From Podarcis melisellensis (taxonomy: Eukaryota), in the NCBI GenBank assembly GCA_964234715.1, contig OZ174276.1: DNA of 64,000 nucleotides. One strand, given 5' to 3'. Below are positions 1 to 64,000 of the stretch, in pieces. The position numbers were made by a program, and so were the translations under genes. The notes beneath the pieces are model-generated. The model was not told the DNA's origin and did no database searches. It saw only the letters and a list, made by a program, of their open reading frames with translations. The first letter of the stretch is position 1, and each line of letters begins with the position of its first letter.

Positions 1-1112
1 GGGCTGTGTGATTTGGATCAGGGCAATAGCACAGAGAAAGTGTGATCTACCCTTTCCCCCCTTCCTTGGTTCCATGAGGTTCATACTTTCTTAGTTCAGT
101 TTTCATTAATGTTTGAGCTTCCCAGCTCTCTCTTTTTTATTTTTTACTGGGCTCCTCTAGATCCTTGAGAGGTTCAGCAGCCTCCTCTGTCCACAGCACT
201 TGCTCCAGCTACTTGGGTTAAGTATTGTTCTGGGTCACTTGGGTAAGGTAAAGGTAGTTTATAAAGCTGTTAGGATTAGCTGAACTGCATTTCTCCGCTT
301 AGTAGACTTTAAGCTATGAGTATATTTTTTTTAATCTTAACTCAGCATTAACCAGGGTGTTCTCTCCACCTCTAAATGATTTTGTATGAATGAGTGTAAG
401 AAGATGTGAACTTGTGAGTAACACATGGCTTTTGACAGACTGGCATTTGCAGGCTATTTGCAGCACTGAGCTTGACAAATTCCCTCAAAGTGTCAGAACT
501 CTAACCTCATTTGCTGCTTGACTCAGACAGCTCCACTGTGCTGACTGAATGAAGCAGCCTCACTCTGTTCATCTGAGAGGGTGACAGTTCCTTTCCTGAA
601 TATAAGGACACTCTCTTAAAACGAGAGAATGCTGGTTTCACAGGACCCTTTGCAGCGTGGTGGGTCGTGAGGAAAAGAAAGATCTACTCAACATAAACAT
701 GGCCAGCAATCCAAAGCCTTTGGTGAAGTGATCAAACAAAAGCTTCATAATGTTACCCAGTGTAAGCTGAGTGAGTCAACCCATATCCCAGCATTCTGAA
801 AGGATCATCTGAGCCCATAAAGCCCTATGCTTTGGCCTCTAGCCTGTTTACTCCCAGCTGTAGGTCACTCAGCTGAGTGAGACACAGCTGAGACAGATGG
901 GGTCCTCGATATCATGGTCTGGGCAAGAGTCCGGTCCCTTTAACCCCCAAGTTGTCTGTTTTCTCTGCTCTGGCTTTGTCCCACTAAGCTGTTTTAGAGG
1001 AACCAAATACAAGGCACCACAGGAATCTGAAGGCACTGGAGGTGTGCTATTAAGGTAGGGAGGAGTTTGGATCTAAGCCAGAGGATGAAAAGGAATCCAA
1101 ACATAAACTCAC

Positions 1113-51989
<50,877 letters not shown>

Positions 51990-52065
51990 GCTGCACTCGA
52001 TGCTGGAGCTGTCAGCAACCTGGAGCCACTCTGGTCATCCCAGAGTGGAGGACACAACAGCAGGC
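51990..52065 (-). other. ADGRL1: 5'UTR part of the ATG exon (acceptor AG at 52067-52066), implying an upstream non-coding exon probably beyond 64000
   Basis: ctcctcttctttcttccaccag|GCC is a strong polypyrimidine acceptor; no CpG island is visible in 52066-64000. Confidence 0.75.
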
Positions 52066-52743
52066 CTGGTGGAAGAAAGAAGAGGAGTCTTGAGTCTGGT
52101 TAGCAGCAGAAGCAGTGTTTACCCTCTGCCCTTACTTTGCCCCAAGTAAAAGTCACAACTCTTCTGCATTGTCTTCCCTGCTCTTGGACCCATACGTTGT
52201 TGTCCCAATCAGCCCACCACCACTCAGTGTATTTCCTAGGAAGCCCCTACAGCTCAACACATCTACCTATGCCCATACAATCATGGAAGCCTTTTCTCTA
52301 GAAGAGCGGATTCTAACAGAAAGGGGCATAAGGTGATGAAGTTGTCACTTCCCTCAAAAAGTATAAATCATTTAAATTTTAAAGGAAGGGAATTATTTAT
52401 ATATCAGTTATTATCTGCCCTTCACTGTAAGGCCCCAGAACAGGAGACAACAGAATATACAGTTATAAAAACAAAAGTTTTTTTTCTTTGAAAAGAATTG
52501 CAACAAAGTAAAACTGTTCCAGTCAAAACCAAAAGAGGTGGGTCCCACAAAACAAAATACTTTTACCTGTCAAAGGCCAGGGTAAATAGGTTCATTTTTG
52601 GCATGCAACAGGAGCTGCAAAACAGACCTGCCCAAAGCTGTGTCCCTATTCCTGTTCTGCGCTGTACCTTAAAACCCAGAGTCCTCCATACCCAGGCTCT
52701 GTTCAGGTACTCCCCTTACCCCAACTAATTTTAGGAGCTGGTA

Positions 52744-52746
<3 letters not shown>

Positions 52747-52780
<34 letters not shown>
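52747..52780. repeat. (AC)17 microsatellite
   Basis: direct reading. Confidence 0.95.
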
Positions 52781-52782
<2 letters not shown>

Positions 52783-54249
52783 CGACTGCAGCATAGTAGC
52801 AGCTGTTTCATCATGCATGAAAAGTACAACCACTTTGGTGGTGCATCTTTCTCAGTGCCCTTGCTGAAATGGCTCCCAACCATATAGATGTGAAGGCATC
52901 CTCCACTCTAATCCTACCCTACTTTTCTCAGAGCCCCACTTTACCCTGCAGCTGCAGCCCGCCTCTCTATGCTTGCAATGTCTGCAAAGCCATGTACACT
53001 TTCCCAGACGAGCAACAATGACGTCCACTATGAACTGGGGCTCATTTAAACCAAGACAACAGAGAGATGGAGACAGAAATATGATGCCCTTTCTGGAATT
53101 TTCCAAAGTAATGGCTTCAAAAACTTTGTATTAAAGCCAGCCTTGCTGCAAAGTTACACAAGCCTACATACAGTGCAACCCTTTCAGTCCAAGAAGCGGA
53201 AGCACAAATACTTGGCGCGAACAGTAAAGAACCAATGGAAGTTTATGATTGCAACACGAGAGGGGTGGCCTATCTAGAGGGGGTATGCCTTGGGAAGGAG
53301 GTATGGCTTCAGGAGAGTTCAGAGGACTGGCTAGAGAGGGCCTGAGGTTCCCCACCCGGGCCTAAAACACTGGACCCAATGAGTGATCATTGGAGCCAGG
53401 GCAGGAGGAGGTTAATGACCACTAGGCCCATCAGGGCAGTGTTTAAAGCGGGGGGCACAATTCAAATCACCCTGACAGCTACACTTACATTCTTATTAGT
53501 TCAGGAAAATAACACTGCCTCGTTAACCATAAAAAGGCATTTTTGTTACTTATTTTAACACAGTGTTTTCCAAGCCTATTCTCTGTCAACTTGTTTTCTC
53601 TTGGAACACTGCAGCCCTTCTTTTTGTGCCCAACAGTGCTTTCTTTTTCCTCTAACATGACTTTGTCTCTGTCTGCCTGTCGGTCTCTCTGCCGCTCCCT
53701 CTCAAAGCTATGCTCAGTCCTCTTGTTCCTCAACCCTCTCTCTGCACTCCTTCTGAAAATTTGCCTCCCTGGACAAAACAACAGTGCTTCCAGGAAGCAT
53801 TCCCCCCCACCCCCCTCCATGGAATATGGAGATACACTTCTGTGTGCAGAAGCTTCATTATTTCTTCTATTGCTATTTATTAGTCACTTTCCTCACAAAG
53901 GTAACCCAAAGAGACTTACATTATAACTGTTGTTCATCTGTTCTATATTTTATGAAATGGTTTGTCTACCAGTTTTTGTTTGTTTGTTTGTTTGTTTGTT
54001 ATCTTATTTGTTTGGACACCTCTTGAGATATAATCGCCAAACTTGGCATGAGGGTTCCCAAGATGAGAGCAGCTGTCTTCATCATAGTTTGGACGCAGGG
54101 TGCCATTTTGAATCAAGATGGTGGACCAAAATGTGACTTGGGCATGAGTTCGTCTGGTTTTTGGTGTGATGAGTCCAAACTCAGAAATCACAGTACCCAT
54201 TTTAAAATCACTCTTTTTTTGGGGGGGGGCTTCTATCATCCTCCATGAA

Positions 54250-54960
54250 CTATGTCTAAATTCTTTTTAAAGCTATCTAAGATAATGGCATCCATCACAA
54301 CTTGCGGCTGTGAACCTCACAGGTTAATTGAACAAACACTTCCTTTTATCTGTTCTGAATCTCCCACCAATCAATTTCATTGGGTGACTCCCAAATTCAA
54401 CTATGATGTGGAAACCTATTACTTTCACCACACCATAATTTTCTAAACTTCTATAAGGTCCCCCTTCGTCATCTTTTTTCTTTTTTCTAAACGGAAAAAA
54501 ACCAAACAACCCCAGACACTTGAGCTATCATAGGAAAGAGGTTCTGATCCCTTGGTCATTTGGCTTTTCATTTTCAGTTCCATTATCTTTGTTTGAGACG
54601 AATGACCAGAAGTAAGCACAGTATTTCAAGTTTGACAGTACCACAGATTTAGACATTATGATACTTGCTATTTTATTTTCAATCTCTTTTCCTTGTAATT
54701 TCCAATATGGAATTTGCCTTTTTCACAATTGGTGCAGCTTAAGTTTACGTTTCTCTTTCCTGCAAAGTCATGGTTAGTTCATGTGTTGTAAAGGACTAGG
54801 ATTTTTTTTAATCCCATTGTGCATAACTTTTCATTAACTTATATTCAATGTTACATGCCAATGTCCATCCACCCAGTTTAGAGACATCCTTTTGGATTCT
54901 CCACCGCCTCAGTCTGTCTGGGATCCTACCATCCTGAATAATTTGGTATATTCCATGGTT
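54250..54960 (-). mobile_element. Degraded CR1 LINE ORF2/3' fragment (antisense)
   Basis: cttccttttatctgttctgaatctcccaccaatcaatttcattggg, ...aagcacagtatttcaag, ...ccatcctgaataatttggtat. Confidence 0.6.
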
Positions 54961-55773
54961 GCTACCTCACTTGTGACTCCAGATAATTTTTGGAAGGTTG
55001 AAATCCCCCTTTTTTCTCCCTGCACCCCAAAGTACACATTCTGCACCATATCTGTACTGTAACTCCTTTTTTCATTGAGCATCTGTTGTTGTGTTTCTGT
55101 CAACTTCCCCTACTTTTCTACTCCTTGTTGAGTTTTGTTGTAACAATATATACTGCTAGCAATTCACACATTGAGGGAACATCAGACGCAGGCAGGCTGA
55201 GCCATGCATGACTGCAACATGATGGGAAAAGTGGTACCAATTCCATCATGTGGCTCTGAATCCAGGGAGGAGAACAGCAACACAAAATATGATCTGTGCA
55301 TTCTCCCATCACCACCAGTGGTGGGCCTGCATAGGCCCTGGTTGCTTCCATAGGCCTCAAACAGGCTTTTGGAATCTCCCCAGGGCCACATTCTGGCCTT
55401 GCAGCCTTATGTTCTGCAGGCCCAATCTCAATACAGAATTCAGTAACAGGCAATGGCAGCAAAGGCTTTAAACTTACTATGCACGGTTATCTTTCCCCTC
55501 ATAACTAGCACATAACCCAGTGGGATAAGTCAGCACTGGAGAGCACTGAGTATAGAGTGAGCCTAGCATGCATTATCCTTGGAAGTACTGAGGTCATACC
55601 GAAATAAAGGAAGAAATGTTCATCACCCTCCACACTAATAAATTGGGGACAGAAATCGGAAGTCCCAGCTCACACTTTCTTGCATGAATACTGAACAGTG
55701 GTCCTCTTTCATCAAAGGCTGTGAGTCTAAATCTCATGTGAGGTGGATATTGCTCTGGCCACTAGGCTACCTA

Positions 55774-55789
55774 CGTTGCCATGGAAACG
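55774..55789. promoter_or_regulatory. RFX X-box CGTTGCCATGGAAACG in the 5' intron
   Basis: 16-bp near-perfect palindrome with both flanking CpGs retained. Confidence 0.6.
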
Positions 55790-57562
55790 GGCCTGAAATC
55801 CAGTGTGCCCACAGCCAGAAGGCCTTTCTGGTGCTGTTTCAGTCAAAGGGAAATATTAAAGTGACACTTGATCAGTGCCTACCCAAGGCTCATATATTTC
55901 TCCAGCCCCATACCCCTGGGATCTGAAATTCAATGTGTGGTGATAACAGAGGGCAGGAACCAGGCGTGTTCCAGCTCTGGGGGGAATGGCATATAGAGAG
56001 AGGTTTTGCTCCATTATTGGGCTGTCCTGTAGTCTCTATTCACCAAAAGAAGGGTGTAAACATGGGATTAAGTATTTTTGACACAGAAGAAACAACAACC
56101 CACTCCCCAGCCATAATCCCCATAGCCAAACCTGATAACAGGCCCCTGCTGGCAGACAGCTGCTCTGACAGCTGCTACTCGCCCCCCAGCTGAGCTACAA
56201 TGGGGCCTTTGCTGAATTAAACACAATAGCTTCTCCATCTTCTGGCCCACCCCCTGTGCTCTGACCCACAATGCCAATTTCATTTGTAGGTTAAGGACAA
56301 GGAAATGTCCACTCATATAATGGGAATGTGTACACTGTATTGCCAAGCTAAGAAAAATATCCACTGTCTTGTACAGGAATTTTGGGTTTGCACAGCTTGA
56401 CCTGAAAGAGGAATGACATCTTGTGGGAGTGTCAGGGAAAAGGCTTGGGAACCAGATTTTAGAGAAGTGGGGATAGGAGCTGTCAGGACTCCTGGGGTCT
56501 ATACACCAGACCCGGCCCATCCCAAGTTGTTTGCACACACAGTCTGTGTTCTGAGTTCTGCATATGTGATATGAAAAAGCATGTCACTTTTCCAGAGGGA
56601 GCCACAATAAAGTACTCTGTATTTTTAATGAAATGCAAGAGAACAAGAAAACATAAAATAAAAGTGCTGTTTCCAGTGGTCCCTGCCTCCCATGCCCCCT
56701 GCTGTTGAATTCTCCCTAGTGCTGCAGATGGGTGCTTGCAATCACAGCAGGAGGAGTGTTTCCTCCAGAGCATTTTGACTCCTGCAAGTTTCCCCAACTT
56801 GGAAGGGGATGCTGACAGCTACTGCGCAGAGGGAAGAGACATACAGCTGTCCCACTCTTGGCTTCCTTGCCTGGGTCTCTGGCAACGAGACAGTGATTCC
56901 CCATGGAAGCTGAGGGCACAACATGAGCAAGCAGTTGTAAATTTCCTCATAGAATAAAAGAGTATGGCTTAGCTCAGAGCAACACAAGAGATGGGGTGAA
57001 ATAGGACCATATATATCACAGCCAGGGAACACCGTGTCCTGAACAAGAGCCATTCTCTCCACGTTCCCTACACTGCCCAAATTTAATATGGGATGCAGGC
57101 AGAACAACGGCTGATGCAGAAATAATCCCCACTTCAGTGGCACCTTCCATACTCCATTGCAGTGACTAATAACATCTTGGACTAATAAAACTGCAAATGG
57201 GTCTCCAGCCTGAGAAAGCCTGCTATGAAGGGGCACAACTGAGGCCCAAGGAGGCAGGACCATACAAAAACAAGCATTCATTAACAACAACAACTGTGCA
57301 AAATATACAATACAGAAGCTCAAGCGAAACTTTTGCAGCACAATGTATTCTACTAAACCTTGCCCACAGGAGACTACATCTTTTTAAAATTATGCAATGG
57401 ATGAGAGTGACCGCCACTCTCCCTGTTTCCCAAAGCATACCAGTCTCTTGCCTGAGGCCTCATATACTCATATATATTTTTACTCTGTAAGACTGGTAAT
57501 ACACCATGGGTGGGGCTACCTTCTTATCAGGATTGTAGGCACAATAGTTATAACCTGTATGG

Positions 57563-57778
57563 CAGAGTTGGCTAACTTCTGCACAAATTTTGGCAGTGGC
57601 AAAAAAAAAGGGGGGGAGAATTAAAGTGGACACAGAACTCTGGTATGCAGAGAAGATACAAACTGAACGACATATGAGGTGTGAGGGGGCCACATCAACC
57701 ATTGGTGCGCAGCCTCCAGGAGGTTTGGTCAAGGATGAATGTGGCCCTCAGGCTAAAAAAAAGGTTAGCTGCATGGCG
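57563..57778. mobile_element. Degraded hAT-like MITE
   Basis: cagagttggctaac ... gggggccacat ... atgtggccctcaggctaaaaaaaaggttagc. Confidence 0.45.
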
Positions 57779-59034
57779 TACAACAGTGTTTCTGTGACCA
57801 AATCGGTTCACATACTATCAGTGTTGACAGAAGAGCACCATGTAACCATGCTTAGTGGTATTTATTCCTGTAAGGGAGCGTGTCCACAACCAACCAGTGA
57901 CTCTGATTGTCATCAGTATTCAATAACTGTTAGCATTCTTATGACCATGTACCATGTGGAGTTAGCACTTACCCAATTTACTACTCTGGAAAGAAGTATT
58001 ATTGATCATCATGATGGCCACAATTTGTGCAGCACTTTTATTAAAGTGCAGAGCACTTTATAAACTTTTTTGTTCGCTCCCATTTGAATATACAATCAAT
58101 AAGGAAAATACCTGCAGCTGCATCTGGTTCGTGCCTCTCTCAGGCCTGGTCCCCCTTTTCCCTACCTCACATCATCATTCCCTTGCTTCTTGCAACACAA
58201 TACTCCCCAGCAATTGTGTCAGCACAAACTGATGGGAGAGATTATCCCCTGCAGAGTCTTTCATGTTAATTTCCTGCTTCACCATGCAAACTGACCCAAA
58301 GAATCCCAGCTTAAGCTAGAGATTTAACAAGCAGGCTGAAAGCTGCCCCCATGCTGCCCCTTCCCACTATTGAGAGAATGCTGTCCAACTCCAGCCTCAG
58401 CAGGGTCCCATGTCTTTGTCCTGCAGCACTTCACCTTGTTTGCTCTAGGCTTTGTGAAGCAGGGCCAGGAGTACGCTTCCCCAGGCAGGGCTGTGTGCAT
58501 TAAAGACACTTCAAAAACCCTCCCTAATTATGGATTTATCATCTCTCCACAAGGCTGCTCTCTCACTCTTTCTCTCTTGGGAAAAGACGCCGCTTCTTAA
58601 GAAACTGCCTAATTACATCTAAAACTGCCAAATTATTGCATTACCCCCAAGAGGGCGGCGATGTACATATCTCTGTAATGTACACCAGGGTGAGACAGCA
58701 GCCAGATGTAGGCCTGGAAGAGATTATTACACAAGGGAAGCAAAAGGGCATTTGTAGCGTGTCTGTAGCTGGCGCAGTGTGATCCAGTGACTGAACACTG
58801 GAGTTGGGACAAAAACAATGGGCCTTTAATTCTCAGCTTTGGAAGATGAGTAGGGTCTGGATGGCGAAAGCAGAAAAAGGCTCGGTAGGAAGATGGACCC
58901 ACAGATGCGATGCTTGTTGATTGCTGCATGGCCATTAGGGAAACCTTCTTTCTCCCCATCTTGCAGACAGCAGACTCAAGCCATTTGCTTTCCATGATAC
59001 AGCCCTTGCAAGGAAGTCCCTGGGAGGAGAGGGC

Positions 59035-59233
59035 GAAAGCGTAGCTCAGCGACAGAGAACATGCTTTGCACATAGAAGGTCCCAATCCCAGGCAAAGAAC
59101 AAAGTAAAGAGGACTAGGTAGCAGATGATCAAAAAGGCCTTTGGCCAGGACCCCTGAGAACTGCTGCCGTTCAAAGCAGACAACACTGGCCTAGATGGGC
59201 AAATATTTTAAAAGGCAGGGGCTTATGTTCCTA
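59035..59233 (+). mobile_element. tRNA-derived squamate SINE (Squam3-like), degraded
   Basis: A-box-like gtagctcagcgacagagaacatgctttgcacatagaaggtccca; body ...ctgagaactgctgcc...gcagacaacactggcctagatggg...ttatgttccta. Confidence 0.65.
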
Positions 59234-59470
59234 AGCATGACTGAAAAGGCAGCAGCATGTGAAGAGACCTCTTTGCTTTCAAGTCTCAAGTTCTTAGGCA
59301 GCTCTGTAGGCAGCAAAGGGTCCCAGAACAGGAATTCAGTTCGCCTCTCTCTCCAGCTTGGTTGGCAGCTTAACCTCAGCTACCATGTTTGGAGCACCTG
59401 TCTGGCCCAATACCTATTTCCACACAGGATTAGCATCCTCTCTTTTTACATCCCTTATCCAACCTAACTT

Positions 59471-59608
59471 CAGTGGGGGTATTTAAGCAGAGGCTGGACA
59501 GCCACCTGTCATGGATACTGTAGCAGCTCCTTGCACTGCAGGTCCTGTGCTGAGCAATGGGTTGGAGTAGATGTCCTCCCCAGCTTCTTCCAGCACTAAA
59601 ATTCTATG
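59471..59608 (+). mobile_element. CR1 LINE 3' terminus
   Basis: tttaagcagaggctggacagccacctgtcatggat...gggttggagtagatg...attctatg (CR1 terminal octamer). Confidence 0.75.
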
Positions 59609-61780
59609 TGACTTGGTGCCTCTGCAATCTAGTCATAAGCCTACCGCTGATCACCTGTTAGGTCAATTGCCCATGTGTCTAAATAAAAGGTGGCGATAAT
59701 GCTGGGTGGCTTCTCCACACTTTGCCTTGAGGCCAATCAATTTCCATTTTAATGAAAAATCTCCTATGCAGGCCATGCTAGAGTCACAATATGGTGCAGT
59801 CAATGTGGGGGAGCTGAGTTGTGCTCCCCCACATTGTTTTGTAAACAATAGTTTTGTAAACAAGCATTTTGGTTTCCCTGCAAATGGAGCTCCAATAAAA
59901 TGTATTATCCTTGAAAGAAAGGTGCTTCCCAGTAGGAAGATAGTTGTGTTTTGTGTATCAAATGAGCTACCACTGCACATTGGTTGTGGAATAAACTGAT
60001 CAAAGTCCTACTTTCAACCTATTTATTCAAGCTGGAAACTATTTTGTGCACAGAATGGCTCCATTTTGAAAGCAAAACCTGGCAGTAGGGGATATTCATG
60101 TTTTAAATATCAACCTGCTACCATAAAGCACTGATACATTGTGGTTCTATGGCTAGCATTGTTTTAGGACTATGCTTAGAAGCAGCAAGTTAACTCAGCT
60201 GTCATATTTGATTCTTCAAATGGCTGCATTATGTTTCTAATTTGGGGAAAATGGGGAAAGATACAACAAACTAATTATTAAGCACCCTTAAAGTCATTTG
60301 ACAGGGGGACAATATTTTCTCCATTCTGTCAAGTCCCACCTCCCCCTTATAGTTACTTTAGAACAACAGCAACTCACAATGGCCCGAGCAAAGAGCTGCA
60401 AAAAGAAAAAAGGAGGGGGGGAAGACAGTCCTCTGGAACGCTGAGGCCAGCTCCAGTGGATTTATTGGCATTCAGAAGTCTGGATTCCTCTTCCAAATCC
60501 AAAGGTGCCCTGGCAACTCCTGGCATTAAGCTGCTTCCCCCTCGGTGTGTCCTGTGCTTTGCATAAGGAGAATCACAGTTTTTATTAGGAGGAAATGCAG
60601 AGCCCTCACGGACAGACAGCTGGCACAGAACTCGGGGTTTCTGCATTCCCTTTCCAGCTGCGGAAGAGAAACAGGAGAAACTGGTACAGTACGGCGGGTG
60701 TATTCTTGCTGCAATACATGGCTATTTCCTCAGCTTGCAACTCATTCAATTCACCTCGCCGTTCAGCATCTGAGGCCACTTTCCGAAATGACACCAGGGG
60801 CCTTTCAAGATGATTGAAACCCCCACATTTTATACTTACTGCTGCCAACAGCAGCTGGTGCAGAGGTGTGCTGGGAGGTAAGAGGCCACTGCGACTTGCA
60901 AGGACCCACCATCACGTGCGAGATGCAAGGCTGCAGGGGTGGGGCAGCACTCCACATGCTTCGCTTACTCATTCATTCATTATTTAAAACTATTTTAAAA
61001 ATGTAAATAGCTGCCAACTGGGTAGCAGTGCTCTGCACCAGCTGCTGTCAGTGCCCATGACCAGCCTGGATGCTCTTAGCCAGTCCGCAGTCTTGCACAC
61101 TGTGACTTTGGCCTCCCCCTGACTCCACGGCCATCTTGCATCATCTCTTGCCAGAAAGAGCACTGGCTCCTCTCCCAGTGGAAGCCTCTACCTGACTCTT
61201 GCCTCCTGCCCAGCACATCACTGGGTTGGCCAGCACCAACCCAAGTGCTATTGTTTCGGCAACAGCAGTGCTTTATCCATAGTGTAGGTGGCAAGATAAT
61301 TGTGGGGTCGGGAGGGGGAATCTCCTTCCCCCAAGCAAAGGGAGATACATGCTTCAGCACAAGAATAGGGTGATTGACAACAAAATTAGGATTAAGACAA
61401 AGCTGTATTTCCAAATAGCAGAACATTGCAATAAAGGATAACATTGATGGTCAGCACAAATTTGTTCTTTGCTTTTCAGAAGGAACAGAAAAGCTCCCAG
61501 GCCATGGGAGTAGCTGGAGAATGTTCAGCCTAAAGAATATATGAAATAATTTCAGCTGTGAGGCAGAGAGTCAGGACACATGTCACAACCTGAACCCAGC
61601 AGGTGTCCATGATTTTCAGGCAACATCATTCTGCACTAAGCTCACATAATGACTGCAGTGGGTAGAACACTGGGATGAGGACCAAGGAAGCCTAAGCTTG
61701 CATCTCCACTTAGCTATGAGGATAAAACAGTGGGGCAGGCATGTACTCAGCTCCAACTTCTTAGATGGGCAGGATCTGCA

Positions 61781-61944
61781 CATCAAATTTGCAAATGACA
61801 TCAAACTGGGAGCAGCAGCTTATGCCGCAGCAGAAGACAGAATCAGGATTCAAGATGACCTAAACAGATTGGAGAACTGAGCCCAAACTAACAAAATGAA
61901 TTTTAATAGGGACAAATGTAAGATTCTGCAAATGTAAGGTTCTG
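61781..61944 (+). mobile_element. CR1 reverse-transcriptase fragment (pseudogenised)
   Basis: IKFANDIKLG..EDRIRIQDDLNRLEN*AQTNKMNFNRDKCKIL is the decayed CR1 RT FADD region with Trp->TGA; ends in a 16-bp tandem duplication (61913-61944). Confidence 0.85.
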
Positions 61945-62901
61945 TGGTTGAAGTACACACACATACTTTTTATGTTCTTATAGTCTGCCATTTTGTCCAA
62001 GGCAGCAAATTGAACTTGCCCTGCAAACCAGGATTGGAAATCAGGGGTTGGTCCTGGTTTGCAGCAAGGAAAGGATAAGCGATAGTTTGATGATTCAGAC
62101 AAAATGGCAAACTAACTCTAAAGCTTGTCTCAGCCTTGTATTATCCATTAGGAAGGGGCACTTGTCAGAACAAGGCGGGGAAGTCACCATGGCATTGTTG
62201 GTGAGTGCTTTTGCGGATGGCTGTGGAGAAAATACAGCCACTGTCTATATTTAAATAGATGAGCCTATGCAAATGAGCAGTGGCTGCAGATGCTCTCCCC
62301 TTCTTCCCCTCCCACAAGAGTAGTGATATTTTGTACTCCTATAGAGTCCCTTCAGGGCAGGGAAGGTTCTTAGTATTGTTTTCCCCACATCACATGATAC
62401 ATTCACCACCCTTTCTATGCAAAAGAAAAAAGTAATTAAAAAACCCCATTCATCTACTCACCTGTTAAGTTTGCATACTACAACGATCCCAGGCTGCCTC
62501 TCTGCATATCCAGTCTTCCTGCTCTAGACAAACTGAGCTCTTTTAATCACACTTATTTAAATCCTCTAAAACCCTTTAATCATTTTTGGCAACTTCTCTA
62601 TATTTCCTCTCACTTGATTACAGTTTTGTCTCCCCCACATTGGGACCCTGGCTTGTCCCCAGAGTCTCACAGATGGGACATGTGCCTCTCACCTGATGAA
62701 GAGATATAAAGCTGCCTTTTTATCTCAAAGTAGAGTGATTACTAGAAAAGTATCTCATCCCGCCCCCAGCCCTTCATTCATTCCCTGAAAGCAGGTCGTG
62801 CCCTAGAGCCAATTTTAACAAAATGTGTTTGGGGACAGATCTAGGAACAGTATGGGTGCTTCCTGAGTATTGAAGAATATTGTGGCTTCAGAACAGTAAG
62901 G

Positions 62902-63025
62902 CAGGAGCAAGGAATCTGTGGTTCTCTAGTTGCTGGACCACAAGTCCCACCATCCCTGACCATTGGCCATACTGAACCAATGGAGGCCCTCTAACATCTG
63001 GAGGGCCTCAGGTTCCTCATCCCTG
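62902..63025. mobile_element. Degraded copy of the palindromic MITE family
   Basis: caggagcaaggaatctgtgg...cccaccatccctgaccattggcc...aacatctggagggcctcaggttcctcatccctg. Confidence 0.65.
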
Positions 63026-64000
63026 AAACAAGCAACTAAGGCAGGCTCCTACCAGATTCAGTATTTACAAATTGTAATTGAGAAGCACAAAGCACAGAAG
63101 GGAATAGAAAGAAATGTGACAACCGAGGAGGGGGGCAGAGAGGAACCTAAAATCCACATTTGAAAATATTTGAATATAATTTTATATAAAATCTATTGAG
63201 GGGAATATTCATAGAAGCTTAGCTGAGGGGGGAAATACAGATTCAGAATGGCATTTGGGATAGCCTGCACCAGAAACTAATTGGACTGTCTCTCCAAGAG
63301 ATAACCACACAAACACCCAGTTCAGAGAGATGTCCATGTTGCTGAAAAACTCTAGCCTCTCTCCATTCTCTGCCACAGTGGAAACACGGTGACCCTAAGA
63401 AGGTGTTTTTGTCCTGACTACCTGGATTGGGAGAACTTTGGGGCAGAGACTACCTTTGGTTCTGCATTTGCTCACTGCCTAGCACAGCAGGGCCCTGAGC
63501 ACAAACAGGGTTGCTCTGTAATAGAAACAGTAATGTCACCATCATGCTGGGACTAATTCTCGCTCCTTCTGACTCTATTTGCACGGGGCTGTGCATGGAT
63601 CAATATAAGCCAATGCACTTGCCAGCTGATAAATTATCCTCACACAGCTTAGAGCCACGGCTAAGGTGTAACCCTTTATCTACCTGGCATGTAGGTCTGA
63701 AATTGGATGCAGGTCATCAAGCCTTTAGCAAGGAGATAAGGCTTCAAAGTAAAGGCAGATCAGAGAATCAACCACCAACAGTTGTCATCCACGGAGTACT
63801 GGGTTTCCTCAAGCTGTGCTTTCCAGCCTTGCTGGATTTCACTGGGCAATACAAGGGAGCAAGAGGAAAACAAGCAGGCCAGAGCTTAGCTCTTAGTTGT
63901 TACCTGTCGATAGAATAGGAACACTGACATCAGGGTATATGGAGAAAGGTCTCCCCCACCCACCCACTGCAATGTGTGTCAATGAGAGCTGTATGTTTTT

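Noticed and set aside
1-1112. Next ADGRL1 exon (SWALGAIALLFLLGLTW, TM6)
   Set aside because: No matching coding sequence in 1-1112; it must lie left of the window.
53975-54230. Possible Kolobok/Helitron-like fragment (aaacttggcatg, gccattttgaatcaagatgg)
   Set aside because: No termini or TSD identifiable.
56742-57341. 199-aa minus-strand ORF and the many other 60-160 aa ORFs in the track
   Set aside because: No homology, frequent non-ATG starts, microsatellite-derived residues or shadows of real exons; expected noise in vertebrate introns.
52066-64000. ADGRL1 promoter / non-coding exon 1
   Set aside because: No CpG island or clear core promoter; the region looks like repeat-rich intron.

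Overview
Vertebrate (squamate, probably lacertid lizard, judged from the repeat content) genomic DNA holding most of ADGRL1 (latrophilin-1/LPHN1, adhesion GPCR and alpha-latrotoxin receptor) on the minus strand. I traced 17 coding exons, all GT-AG with compatible phases, from the ATG at 51989 down to 1113 (3128 nt, about 1042 codons): signal peptide, RBL lectin, the 15-nt KVEQK microexon (22237-22251, too short for the ORF track), olfactomedin, Ser/Thr-rich linker, HormR, GAIN/GPS with Stachel, and TM1-TM5/ICL3. The TM6-7/C-tail exons lie left of the window, and the promoter and non-coding first exon probably lie right of it. The introns carry hAT and Tc1/mariner-pogo MITEs with intact TSDs, a Tigger1-derived element, CR1 and L2-type LINE fragments, a tRNA-derived SINE, microsatellites and a Penelope-type inverted repeat containing a minimal hammerhead-ribozyme motif. 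I found no convincing new multi-gene system. The best leads are RNA-level or regulatory: the hammerhead hairpin, the microexon with its UGC enhancer and nearby cryptic in-frame acceptors, two identical RFX X-boxes, a pre-miRNA-like stem and a NAGNAG at the signal-peptide cleavage site. Comparisons to human proteins and repeat consensus sequences are from memory and need checking.
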